In this document: positions 38,528-47,811 of the stretch, one piece after another
Numbering within the stretch: the stretch's first letter is position 1
Layout of the letters: each line of letters begins with the position of its first letter
Notes under the pieces: generated by a model
The model's input: only the letters and a program-made list of their open reading frames with translations
What the model was told of the DNA's origin: nothing
Databases searched by the model: none
Virus record (IMG/VR): IMGVR_UViG_3300021400_000046
Coordinates: 85,632 to 149,631 of that record
Source of the DNA: a virus
Lineage: Duplodnaviria > Caudoviricetes
Strand: one strand, 5' to 3'
Length of the DNA stretch: 64,000 nucleotides
Program-made: the position numbers and the translations under genes

Positions 38528-38797
38528 TTACTCTCCAACAACAATAAACAACCGTTTCTTGCCCCACTTGATATTCAAACAGTCTGGCTTGTCTAACGTT
38601 ATAACCAAGTCTTTTCTGTTTCTGCGAACTTCACCAGTTGATGCAACAAGTCCAGCTTCTTTCATTACTGCCGGTAGAAAACGGGTTTCTGTGAACAGTG
38701 TAACCGGCTTTTCATTCTGTTCCCAATCTTCATTGTCAAAAGCAAGCACTTGTCGTATGTCAAATAACGGTTTGCCAATCACTACATTTTGAAACAT
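38528..38797 (-). CDS. small protein resembling the TyrRS C-terminal S4-like domain
   Basis: MKEAGLVASTGEVRR..IKWGKKRLFIV. Confidence 0.55.
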   Translation of the reverse strand: MFQNVVIGKPLFDIRQVLAFDNEDWEQNEKPVTLFTETRFLPAVMKEAGLVASTGEVRRNRKDLVITLDKPDCLNIKWGKKRLFIVVGE

Positions 38798-39339
38798 ATC
38801 TCTCTCCTTAAAACAATACAGGCCAGCCGATCAGATTTGCACTACTCAACGCCGTAACACTATGTATGAGAAGTTGGTTAGCGTTGCCTCTCCGCATCCG
38901 TATATTTTTTTTATTAACCCTCATGCGCCTCTAACCGGCTGTACCCATATCGCCGCATTCTGCAAATATCTCTTTTACCAACCTATAAACCACCGACAGA
39001 CCATTTGCACAATCAAATGTTAAGTTTCGTTGCAAAATGCTTTTTGTTTAATTTTCGATGATATACATTCATTTAGTAGCTCCTAATTGTGTCACCCGAT
39101 CTAACGTGTCGGTAGAGCCATAACGTCACATAAGCACCTAATACGTTTTAGTACGGCCAGCAGATATATCATTTCACCGCTCGGCAGGGCTGAGTACCCT
39201 TGCTTTATGTAATACCCAATAGCGGCCATCAGCCATAGGAGCAGCCGCCACGAGTGCTTGCTAACGAGGACTTTACTGTGAGTGTTTTGTTGTAGTGGTT
39301 TTGCCCCGCCTATATTCGTAACATTGGGTATCAATTTTA

Positions 39340-39427
39340 TGGAGGAAGGTGTGGGATTTGAACCCACGGACGTTTTACCGCCACTGGTTTTCAAGACCAG
39401 CACCATAAACCACTCGGTCAACCTTCC
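39340..39427 (-). tRNA. tRNA-Ser(UGA)
   Basis: CTGGT-ct-TGA-aa-ACCAG, long variable arm, CCA. Confidence 0.95.
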
Positions 39428-39430
39428 GTA

Positions 39431-39524
39431 TGGTACTCCCATAGGGACTCGAACCCTAATTTCGCACTAATCTGGTGCTGGGCGGATCATAAGGCCGCTG
39501 GCTTACCAATTAACCGATGGGAGC
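39431..39524 (-). tRNA. tRNA with UAU (Ile) anticodon and long variable arm
   Basis: GCTCCCA/TGGGAGT acceptor, GCGGC-ct-TAT-ga-TCCGC, GCAC/GTGC variable stem, TTCGAGT T-loop, CCA. Confidence 0.8.
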
Positions 39525-39529
39525 ATATC

Positions 39530-39614
39530 TGGTGTCGATGATCGGACTTGAACCGATATACCAAATGGCAGCAGATTTTGAGTCTACCGTGTCTGCCAAT
39601 TCCACCACATCGAC
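39530..39614 (-). tRNA. tRNA-Leu(CAA)
   Basis: GTAGA-ct-CAA-aa-TCTGC, CCA. Confidence 0.93.
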
Positions 39615-39687
39615 ATTTAGATGGCGGTTGTAACGTAATAACTGAGCCGCCGCAGTTATAAAAGGAGAATTTTATGAACAAGTACCG

Positions 39688-39764
39688 TGGTGACGCTACC
39701 GGGGATCGAACCCGGAAGTTCCACCTTGAAAGGGTGGTGACTTTACCAATTCGTCTATAGCGCC
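39688..39764 (-). tRNA. tRNA-Glu(UUC)
   Basis: CCACC-ct-TTC-aa-GGTGG, CCA. Confidence 0.95.
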
Positions 39765-39831
39765 ATATATAACTTGTGTTCCACAGGAAATAATGATTAT
39801 CGTGGCAGCTCTGTTATTTCCTCACAAGTTA

Positions 39832-39917
39832 TGGTGCCGCTGGCGGGACTCGAACCCGCACGGCTCGAAGCCGAGGGATTTTAAGTCCCTTGTGTCTACC
39901 GATTCCACCACAGCGGC
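39832..39917 (-). tRNA. tRNA-Leu(UAA)
   Basis: AGGGA-ct-TAA-aa-TCCCT, CCA. Confidence 0.95.
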
Positions 39918-39919
39918 AT

Positions 39920-40228
39920 TTATTCATTCAGCTTCTTACGAATTTCATATAGGAAATCAAGAATAGAGAAACTTTCGTCACCTTTTTCAACTCTATTAAT
40001 TGCAATTCCTACTTCTTTTTCAATTTCATAAAGAATATTATCAGCGTGTCCTTGCGCTTCAATAGTAATATCTTCAATTAATTGATCGAAAAAATCTGCG
40101 CTATCCTTCCCAAGCCTATCTTCGATTACTCGCCGGAAGTCATATTGTGGATTGATGATATACTCACGCGATCCATCTTCAAAATAAATAGTTGTCATTG
40201 TGCTGCGCTCCATGTTTTGTATATTCAC
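39920..40228 (-). CDS. hypothetical protein
   Basis: ORF directly upstream of tRNA-Leu. Confidence 0.55.
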   Translation of the reverse strand: MNIQNMERSTMTTIYFEDGSREYIINPQYDFRRVIEDRLGKDSADFFDQLIEDITIEAQGHADNILYEIEKEVGIAINRVEKGDESFSILDFLYEIRKKLNE

Positions 40229-40369
40229 AAAGACCTTTTACAAAATAACTTTGTGATCTGCTATGCAGTTTCAACCGAACGAAAAGAAAGGAGGGATAAT
40301 GAAATGGAGGTTTATCACATAAGCAACAACAGAACGGATGATAGTGTTCGGTTAGGTTTTGGTATGTAG

Positions 40370-40558
40370 TTAAGTTTTCTTTGAGGTTCCGAAAAAACCT
40401 TCAATATTGCGTGGGCTGGATGTACAGAAATCTTTAATATCTCGCTTCAATTCAGCTCCGCACTTATCACAGAAATGCCCGTTTGCCGTGTATTCAGAGG
40501 CCGGAATTGATATGGTCTTTTGTTTACCGCATTCAGGGCAGATAAATTGATAATTCAT
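40370..40558 (-). CDS. FmdB-like zinc-ribbon protein
   Basis: YQFICPECG..CDKCG. Confidence 0.7.
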   Translation of the reverse strand: MNYQFICPECGKQKTISIPASEYTANGHFCDKCGAELKRDIKDFCTSSPRNIEGFFGTSKKT

Positions 40559-40860
40559 TTGTTCCTCTTGCGTTTGTACTTTTCATTACTGTTTCTTAGG
40601 CTGTTTGATTACTTCATCTTACACGCAGATTGTACCATATAAACCACAGTTTGTCAAGGTAGTTTTCACAACATATTCTAATCTTTTAAGAAATCGTCTA
40701 TATCTTGTTCTGTAGTAGTTCCAATATGTTTCTCCCCCCGACTCATAGGCATCAAGCCGTTCAAGAGCTTTGTGCAACTCATAGAAAAAACTTTTGCTTG
40801 TTGGATTACCTTCAGAACTCGCAATCCTGGTTTCAATAATGCCAATTAGAGTTTTAGTTG

Positions 40861-42201
40861 TCATTGATAGTTCTCCTTAATGATACTGTCAATTTGATCT
40901 GCAATATTTACGAAAGATTGTTCTGTAAATCCTTTTGTAGTCATGGCTGCGGTTCCAATACGAATACCACTCGCCTCAGTTGGCTTACGTTTTTCTCCTG
41001 GTACACAATTCTTGTTTAGTGTAATACCATATTCATCAAGCAAATCCTGCACCATTGCACCAGTAACATTCGGTAGCGTTTTAGAGAGATCAATTAAGAA
41101 TAAATGATTATCAGTGCCGCCAGTTACAACATGATAACCAAGCCTGATAAATTCATTACACATTGCTTTGCAATTCTTTACGACTTGATGGATATATTTC
41201 TTGTATTCTTCTGTACACGCTTCTTCTGCTGCAACAGCTTTACCAGCAATAATGTTTTGCAATGCGCCGCCTTGAATACCAGGGAATACGGCACTATCAA
41301 TCTTCTTAGCCAACTCTGGCTTACAGAAAATCATACCTCCTCGTGGGCCTCGTAAAGTCTTATGAGTAGTGGTCGTGATAATATCTGCAATGCCAAATGG
41401 GGAAGGGTGATCTTCGGCAGCTATTAGGCCAGCAATGTGCGCCATATCAACCATAAAATATGGGTTATAATCTTCTGGTTCTACATATACATTGTAAACT
41501 CCTGCATTTTTCGCTTCATAGAAGTCTCGCGTAATTCTCCCACGAGCATTATCAATGATCTGTCTGATACGCTGAAAATCAATAACTCTGGAATAAGCAG
41601 ATGCACCGGCAAGAACCAGTTTCGGCTTATAACGCAAAATCTTTTCTTCAATATCCGCGTAATCAATAAACCCGTTCTGATCTACTCCATAGAAAACCAT
41701 CTTATAAGTTTTGCCTGAAAAGTTCACAGGAGAACCGTGCGTTAAATGTCCACCGTTTTCAAGGCTCATGGCAAGAATTGTGTCACCAGGTTTCAAAACT
41801 GCCATATAAGCCGCCATGTTCGCGTTAGAGCCACTGTGCGGCTGCACATTCACATGATAATCAGTGTTGAATACTTCGCGCCAATTGTTGCAACAGTATT
41901 CTTCAAGCTCGTCGATAATCTGGCATCCACCATAATATCGGCCTTTGTTGCCGGTAGTTCTAACTGCTGGGTAGCCTTCAGAATACTTGTTCATCATGCA
42001 AGAACCAACTGCTTGCAGTACGTTATTACTTACAAAATTCTCACTTGCAATCAGTTCAATAACACTTTCTTGTCTATGGTATTCAGCGTTTACCAACTGC
42101 AATGCGTAGCTGATCGGCTTATGTCTATTTCTTGCACTCATAAGTTTATTATAAATATCCTCTGCTTCTTCACTTGCAAATTTCTGGTTGCTTCTTTTCA
42201 T
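40861..42201 (-). CDS. glyA: serine hydroxymethyltransferase
   Basis: IELIASEN, NKYSEGYP, RYYGG, NVQPHSGS, GGHLTHG, TTTTHKTLRGPRGG, GGTDNH, SGIRIGT. Confidence 0.97.
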   Translation of the reverse strand: MKRSNQKFASEEAEDIYNKLMSARNRHKPISYALQLVNAEYHRQESVIELIASENFVSNNVLQAVGSCMMNKYSEGYPAVRTTGNKGRYYGGCQIIDELEEYCCNNWREVFNTDYHVNVQPHSGSNANMAAYMAVLKPGDTILAMSLENGGHLTHGSPVNFSGKTYKMVFYGVDQNGFIDYADIEEKILRYKPKLVLAGASAYSRVIDFQRIRQIIDNARGRITRDFYEAKNAGVYNVYVEPEDYNPYFMVDMAHIAGLIAAEDHPSPFGIADIITTTTHKTLRGPRGGMIFCKPELAKKIDSAVFPGIQGGALQNIIAGKAVAAEEACTEEYKKYIHQVVKNCKAMCNEFIRLGYHVVTGGTDNHLFLIDLSKTLPNVTGAMVQDLLDEYGITLNKNCVPGEKRKPTEASGIRIGTAAMTTKGFTEQSFVNIADQIDSIIKENYQ

Positions 42202-42307
42202 CTTGATCCTCGCTATCTGTTGTTACACAATCTGTACACGATGTTGCAATATCACAACAATCACAGTTATAATCACATTCAACTTCATTATTTACATTGT
42301 AAACCAT
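42170..42307 (-). CDS. 45-aa Cys-rich acidic microprotein overlapping the glyA start
   Basis: GGAGG RBS; MVYNVNNEVECDYNCDCCDIATSCTDC..ICK*. Confidence 0.5.
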   Translation of the reverse strand: MVYNVNNEVECDYNCDCCDIATSCTDCVTTDSEDQDEKKQPEICK

Positions 42308-42330
42308 TGCAACCTCCAAAGTGTTTTATT

Positions 42331-42406
42331 TGGTGCGCCCGACAAGAATCGAACTTGCGACCCACAGATTAAAAGTCTGCTGCTCTACCGACTGAGCTAC
42401 GGGCGC
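42331..42406 (-). tRNA. tRNA-Lys(UUU)
   Basis: GCAGA-ct-TTT-aa-TCTGT, CCA. Confidence 0.95.
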
Positions 42407-42470
42407 ATATAAGCCAGAGTCCAGATAAAAGAATTTTACAATATATAAGTGGTCTTTACGAACTTGGCTT

Positions 42471-42546
42471 TGGCAGAAGTGGGAAGATTTGAACTCGCCA
42501 TCTCACAGTTTTGGAGACTGTTGTTTTACCGTTAAACTACACTCCT
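42471..42546 (-). tRNA. tRNA-Trp(CCA)
   Basis: ACAGT-ct-CCA-aa-ACTGT, CCA. Confidence 0.9.
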
Positions 42547-42710
42547 ATGTGCGGCTTTTCCCTACGATTGGAGGATAAACCGTAACCCGTTTGCAAACTG
42601 GAAGGATTTATGCTTTCGTCAAAGTCCTTGCCTTACTGTGCCGTTGTTAGACCAAGTTTTAATTTCCAAAAAGGACGGAGTTCTGATAACAACACGATAA
42701 TCTCCGCTGC

Positions 42711-42785
42711 TGGCAGCGCAGGTTGGGATCGAACCAACGATGTAGGAGTCAAAGTCCTATGCCTTTACCGCTTGGCGACTGCGCT
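42711..42785 (-). tRNA. tRNA-Gln(UUG)
   Basis: TAGGA-ct-TTG-ac-TCCTA, CCA. Confidence 0.93.
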
Positions 42786-43010
42786 ATATTTGTGCCGCAG
42801 ATTTCATCCGTCAATAGAAACTCATAGATGCGTCCACCTATTATGCAGCACTTAATATCCAAGATCGGCTCTACAACACTAACGGGTTACTTGGTTCCCG
42901 TGGAATTACCAACTTCCAAAAGGTTCCACATCTTATTATGCGACATATTGGGATCACAGCCGCATCACACATATAAAGTCAAAGTAGAGAAGTCACAATA
43001 TATGCGCGAT

Positions 43011-43085
43011 TGGAGCGGGTGACGAGGCTCGAACTCGCACGGCCTGATCGGAGGTCAGGGATGCTACCAATTACATCACACCCGC
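43011..43085 (-). tRNA. tRNA-Gly(UCC) with C33
   Basis: CCTGA-cc-TCC-ga-TCAGG, U73, CCA. Confidence 0.88.
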
Positions 43086-43088
43086 GAA

Positions 43089-43173
43089 TGGTGCTGGCGA
43101 CAAGACTTGAACTTGCACGGTTTTCACCACGGGAACCTAAATCCAGCGTGTCTGCCAATTCCACCACGCCAGC
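43089..43173 (-). tRNA. tRNA-Leu(UAG)
   Basis: CTGGA-tt-TAG-gt-TCCCG, long variable arm, CCA. Confidence 0.92.
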
Positions 43174-43342
43174 ATTTGAAATTGAGCCACAGGACTTTCA
43201 CCTGTAGGAGCGGAAGCCGGATTTAGTCTGCGCATCACTACTACCGGCAAGCCATTTTGTTTTTACATTCTGTTTGGCTTAAACAGTCAACCATTCATTT
43301 TACCGCTTTTTCATATATCCTGTTTTTAAGAGATTTTCTTTT

Positions 43343-43411
43343 TGGCCGATGCTTGCGGAGTCGAACCGCTCCGGCACTAACTTGCCATGCTTTCCGTTAC
43401 ACCAAAGCATC
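43343..43411 (-). ncRNA. tRNA-like RNA with truncated anticodon arm
   Basis: GATGCTT/AAGCATC acceptor, TGGTGTAACGGAAAGCAT D-arm, GGCA-AGTTAG-TGCC mini arm, GCGG-TTCGACT-CCGC, ends in CCA. Confidence 0.65.
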
Positions 43412-43627
43412 TAATCCCTGCCGTACCACTTCCAGAGTTGTACAGGCTCTATTGGAAGTGGGTGTACGCTACGGCACATTCAATATGGCTTTATCCTCAC
43501 TACTCAATTATCTACTTTTCAATACTGTTTCTAAATCATTTTGTTTGGAGCCTTTGTTATTGGCTCCTTACATTATGGATTATATCATATGTTTGCAAAT
43601 TTGTCAAGGATGTTTTCACAACTATTT

Positions 43628-44482
43628 TTAATTATTTTTGAAATGCTTCACATCTACAATCATTCCATGTTTCTTCGCATTGTCAATCATGTGTCTTGTG
43701 CCTTTGCTTGACCCATCCCAAAATGCAATTAAGATGGATTTTTCTCCTTGCAGCGCAAAGTTCATCATCTCAATGTTTCGGAGATAACCAGCTTGTTTCC
43801 CATACAAATTCCATTGAGCAGGAAATCTTTTCAGTATAATGCCGTTCTCTCTTGCGAATTGTTCTCCAAGCTGGTCTGCGCCGATTGCGCCGCCGCTAAT
43901 GATTGTAATTGTCTCGTCAGGTTTTCGATAATCAGAAATGGCAGAGGATAACATCTTATAATCATTAAAGGTTCTACTACCGGCTACAATTATTCTTGTG
44001 TCCATTTTTGTTTCTCCAAACAGTTCATCGACAAACTTATCAGTCTCACAGATCAATTTGAAACAATTACCATGTGAAGCGTGGTTCTTCCAGGAAAGAT
44101 AACTTTCATCAAACTTTTCTCGCGTCATTTCTCCGGCCTGAACAAGTGCAACGTTTCTACGCAATCTCTTTTTCACTTGTCTTTTACAATCTCCGGTTAG
44201 TTTCCTAATTATTTTTCCATCTTCCGTAAGGTATGTATGAAACCCAAGAAATCTAATACCTTTACTCATTGGAACAATCTCAGTTTTGGAATTAAGAGTT
44301 AATTTCAGCCGATCAAGGTATGCCGTTATTTTCTGCAAACAATCTTTCAGATACTCTTTATCATCGGATAGCAAATAGAAATCGTCCATGAACCCACAAT
44401 CATAAGATGAAATACTTGATATTCCAAGTCCAGTTTTCTCCATATAACGAAGATCATCAATCAAATATGAATAGTCTGTCAT
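43628..44482 (-). CDS. fusion of a truncated DGR-type reverse transcriptase (from MDD onward) and a YspA/SLOG-family domain
   Basis: FMDDFYL..LTLNSKT..GIRFLGFHTY..SWKNHASHGN, then IIVAGSR..ISGGAIGAD..AGYLRN..AFWDGSSKGT; internal GGAG + ATG at 44005. Confidence 0.85.
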   Translation of the reverse strand: MTDYSYLIDDLRYMEKTGLGISSISSYDCGFMDDFYLLSDDKEYLKDCLQKITAYLDRLKLTLNSKTEIVPMSKGIRFLGFHTYLTEDGKIIRKLTGDCKRQVKKRLRRNVALVQAGEMTREKFDESYLSWKNHASHGNCFKLICETDKFVDELFGETKMDTRIIVAGSRTFNDYKMLSSAISDYRKPDETITIISGGAIGADQLGEQFARENGIILKRFPAQWNLYGKQAGYLRNIEMMNFALQGEKSILIAFWDGSSKGTRHMIDNAKKHGMIVDVKHFKNN

Positions 44483-46305
44483 TACTTTTCTTTCATTTGT
44501 TTCATAATATCAACAATCTGCGGGAAATGCCTGCCGGTCTTTTCAAGCCCAATATTTACATACCTAATGTATTCTCCTGTCGCTGTAAAGCCTCGAACAT
44601 AATCATCTCCAATTTCTGTAACTACAATATTTGGCGCATCATGTTCTCCTTTTGAATGATCTGCGATAGCACGAATTTCATCACCAATCGAAATTTCTGA
44701 TATAAGGTTTTCGTAATTTTCTATTCTTGTAATTGCATCTTGTGCGCTTTGTTTATTAAAGATTGCATCAAGAATAAATCCACCCCATTCACAATCAATC
44801 CCAAATCGTTTTAGCAAAGCATCATTTTCGGTTGAAGGCCACCAAGAAATGATTTTTCTCGCTGCATCCCAAGCTGCACTAAGACCCTTCTGATAAGCCT
44901 CTGCCTCGTGTCGTTTTGCCTCTTGACAGAGTAGTTCATCACAATCATAAGGCTCTAACTCACCAAGCCCTCCATCATCCAAAACAAGGTTTCTAAATCC
45001 CTTGAAACGATATAAGTAATCTGGCGAAGGTTGATCTAATGAGCGATTGTTTGTTAAGTATCTTTCGCCAATTTCAATTATAAATTTATCTCCAACATTA
45101 TGCATTCACTTTTCACCTCCAACTATTGCGGTATTGCAAACAGCACCACAATATATTGTAGTAAATATTTTTTCATACCACAATATATTGATTTTTTATG
45201 CTGATAAAACGACCATTTTATTGTTCTGCAAGCAACTTCTTGTATTCTTCAAGAAGTTCTGCAATTTCAGGGCTGCTTTCTGCAATAGTCTGATAGATAA
45301 CCAAATCAATCTTATCTTTTACTACACTATCGAGGCGTTTCTTGATTTCATTCATTCTTTCACGATTTTCTTTTCTATGGTTAAATGCAGAAAAATCAAC
45401 CTTGCAGACCACTTCCTTTGTTACGCATCCAGAGCATTCTTCTTTATTTACAATATTAATTACAGTCCCAATATTGAAGCCGTTTGTTGTATCGCAAACT
45501 ACATAATCTCCAACAGTAATATCGTTGTCAAACAAAGCAAAGTGATATACTTTTGTTGTATTATATCCGCTTAGAAATCTCACTTTTGCAATCTTATAAT
45601 TACCTTGAACGCCCATAATACCTCCATCAAAAAGCTAAATTTTTCTAATCATAGTTACTCACTCTTAAACAGTTCTGGAAATGCTCTTGGATGATACAGT
45701 TTGTTTGATACCTCTGCGATCTTCTCTGACAGGGAAGAAATTGAGTCATTATCAAACTTGCATTCCTTAATCATTTGCAAGACCTGGATTTCATTCTTGT
45801 ATTTGCGGCGCTGCCTTAACAACGTTTGTAACATTTTGAAACAACGCCAGCCTTGACAGGCGTTATAGTTTCCAAACTCTATGTAATGGTTAATATCCGA
45901 AATTTCTCTGTCTACTTCACTCAGCTTACCCAATAGTTCATCTTTTCTACTGCCGGAGCCAGACAGAACATCTCTAATTGTATTAATTTTTTCAAGCCAG
46001 TCTTTAATGTTATCATCTTCAATTGGCCTAAATGTGATTTCCTTTTGCCGATCTTCGATTGTTTGTTTCTCAACAGTTTCAGTTGTATCTACATAAGACA
46101 CTTCATAGAAACTGCGAATAGACGAAGATATAGAATTTTTCAGAATACACTTTGCTTTTTGCTCCGTGTCCCATTTCTTAGCTTGTTTCAAACTTCTGAC
46201 AGGGACGTACCGACCAGTCCCTTCATCATGCCGGATATAACTCCCGTGACCGTCTGTAATTACATATAAACCCATCTTCTGCATCTCCGTCTTTGATGTT
46301 TTCAT
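44482..46305 (-). other. hypothetical ORFs 44482-45105, 45218-45616, 45655-46305 (coiled coil)
   Basis: Long minus-strand ORFs in operon orientation. Confidence 0.65.
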
Positions 46306-46324
46306 TACTGTTTCTAATTATTTT

Positions 46325-46350
46325 AGAAAAGGCCGCATTGGAACGGCCTA
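46325..46350 (-). terminator. intrinsic terminator after the MrpR-like gene
   Basis: AGGCCGTT-CCA-ATGCGGCCT-TTT on the minus strand. Confidence 0.65.
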
Positions 46351-46359
46351 ATCAAATTG

Positions 46360-47349
46360 TTATAGTTTTACATATGGGTAAAGGTATTTCCTAACACTTG
46401 CAACTTGTTCAACCCTTACACCGTATTCACGAGCTGCTGCCATGAGTTCGCTTGAATCAACTGAATTGCGATAAGAAGTAATGGTCTCCGTTGCTCGCTG
46501 TTCTCCAAACTTATTGACAAGAAAATCAAAGAAACCAAGCCAATATAAATTGCGATAATTGAGTACAATACCGCCGTATTTCTGCGTGATATTCTTTGTA
46601 AGTTCCGCATTGATCTTATCACGCATAACGGATTCTGGTCTACTGTCAATATCGTCTGCCTTATTCTTCTGGACAAAGAATTTGTAATAACTGCCTCGAT
46701 AGGAGACAGCAAGATAATCGCGCCACCCATTTATCTCATGCATATTATGGAATTTCACAAGCAGATTATAGCAACGATCATTAAGCTGCACAATGCGACC
46801 AGGGAACATGATTGTCTTATTCTTGTGGTTAATCATATTTTCCTTGATTGCCAAAATATCCTCCGTCTTATCAATACCACAATAGTACAGAAGGATTATC
46901 AACTCAACATGATCCGCTCTGTCAGGCTCCAAATCGGCGTGGAGACGCATAATAATATTCTGCACATAATCATACCGCAAAACCTGTTTACCCTCTGACA
47001 ACTTGCGCATAGCCTCTTTGCTGCGCATACGCTTGTCAGTAAGCGGGTTACGAATAATATCAACAGTTTCAATGTAGAAATTGAATAATACTCTGAACGC
47101 AGATGCCGCCTTGTCATAGGCTTGCGGAGAAAGAAGATATTCCACTTGTTCGCCATTTCTTGTGTTAATCATACGATAAATCAGTTCTAAAAGCTCGTCA
47201 ACGTTCATATCAACAAGCTCTTTCCCAATTTCGATTTCGTACTGATAAAGCTCTGGCTTATCTATAAGGCGCATTGAGCGTTCTGCCGGTGTTCCGGCAT
47301 TTGCAGCATAGTAACGATCAAAAAGTTCCTTCGTTGTAATTTTTCCCAT
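46360..47349 (-). CDS. degenerate tyrosine-recombinase-fold protein, SPbeta MrpR(YopR)-like repressor
   Basis: YE.EIGKELVDMNVDEL N-terminus, LIILLYYCGI; catalytic R/HxxR not evident. Confidence 0.6.
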   Translation of the reverse strand: MGKITTKELFDRYYAANAGTPAERSMRLIDKPELYQYEIEIGKELVDMNVDELLELIYRMINTRNGEQVEYLLSPQAYDKAASAFRVLFNFYIETVDIIRNPLTDKRMRSKEAMRKLSEGKQVLRYDYVQNIIMRLHADLEPDRADHVELIILLYYCGIDKTEDILAIKENMINHKNKTIMFPGRIVQLNDRCYNLLVKFHNMHEINGWRDYLAVSYRGSYYKFFVQKNKADDIDSRPESVMRDKINAELTKNITQKYGGIVLNYRNLYWLGFFDFLVNKFGEQRATETITSYRNSVDSSELMAAAREYGVRVEQVASVRKYLYPYVKL

Positions 47350-47430
47350 ACCATTCCACTCCTATCAATGAAGTCATACAGATTATAGCACCAAATTAAA
47401 GATTTGTCAACAAGGTTTTCTATTCTGCTT

Positions 47431-47811
47431 TTAGCTCACTGACAAAACGGGAAACTGTACACTAATCGCCTTCTTGATATTTGACAATGTACTGCTATCC
47501 CGCACCGTTCCGATCTTCTTATCAAGACTTACAAGATCAATCGTAGTAATCTGCTCAACCATCATTGTGCTGGGAACAGGCAGGCCATACTTCTGATGGT
47601 TCCACAGCTCAACGTGTACCGGCAGTTTACGCTTGTTCATCTTAGATGTAATCGGAATAATGTTTATTGTTGTGCTATATGTATTATTCATGTCATTGGA
47701 CAGAATAAATACAGGCCGATAACCGCACTGGATGCTTCCTTCTCTTGCGGTAAGGTTACACATCCAAATCTCGCCAAAACGAGGACGGCTATTATTTGAA
47801 GTATTGAGCAT
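47431..47811 (-). CDS. MazF/PemK-family endoribonuclease toxin, no adjacent antitoxin
   Basis: RFGEIW..L..GSIQCGYRPVFILSND..N..IPITSK..LPVHV..EQITTID. Confidence 0.92.
   Translation of the reverse strand: MLNTSNNSRPRFGEIWMCNLTAREGSIQCGYRPVFILSNDMNNTYSTTINIIPITSKMNKRKLPVHVELWNHQKYGLPVPSTMMVEQITTIDLVSLDKKIGTVRDSSTLSNIKKAISVQFPVLSVS

Noticed and set aside
38820-38945. SAM-I or lysine riboswitch
   Set aside because: Contains GCAAC/GTGC and AGAGGCGC fragments but not the full conserved architecture; kept only as an unassigned structured RNA
39101-39681. Listed ORFs overlapping tRNA genes (also 42979-43207)
   Set aside because: They are translations of tRNA and ncRNA sequence
40270-40369. Type I toxin micro-ORF on the plus strand
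   Set aside because: Strong AAGGAGG and a flanking inverted repeat are present, but the peptides (7 aa or 21 aa) are not hydrophobic and no clear promoter was seen
43628-44482. Active retron, group II intron or intact DGR
   Set aside because: RT domains 1-4 are absent; no ncRNA, Avd or template repeat recognised nearby
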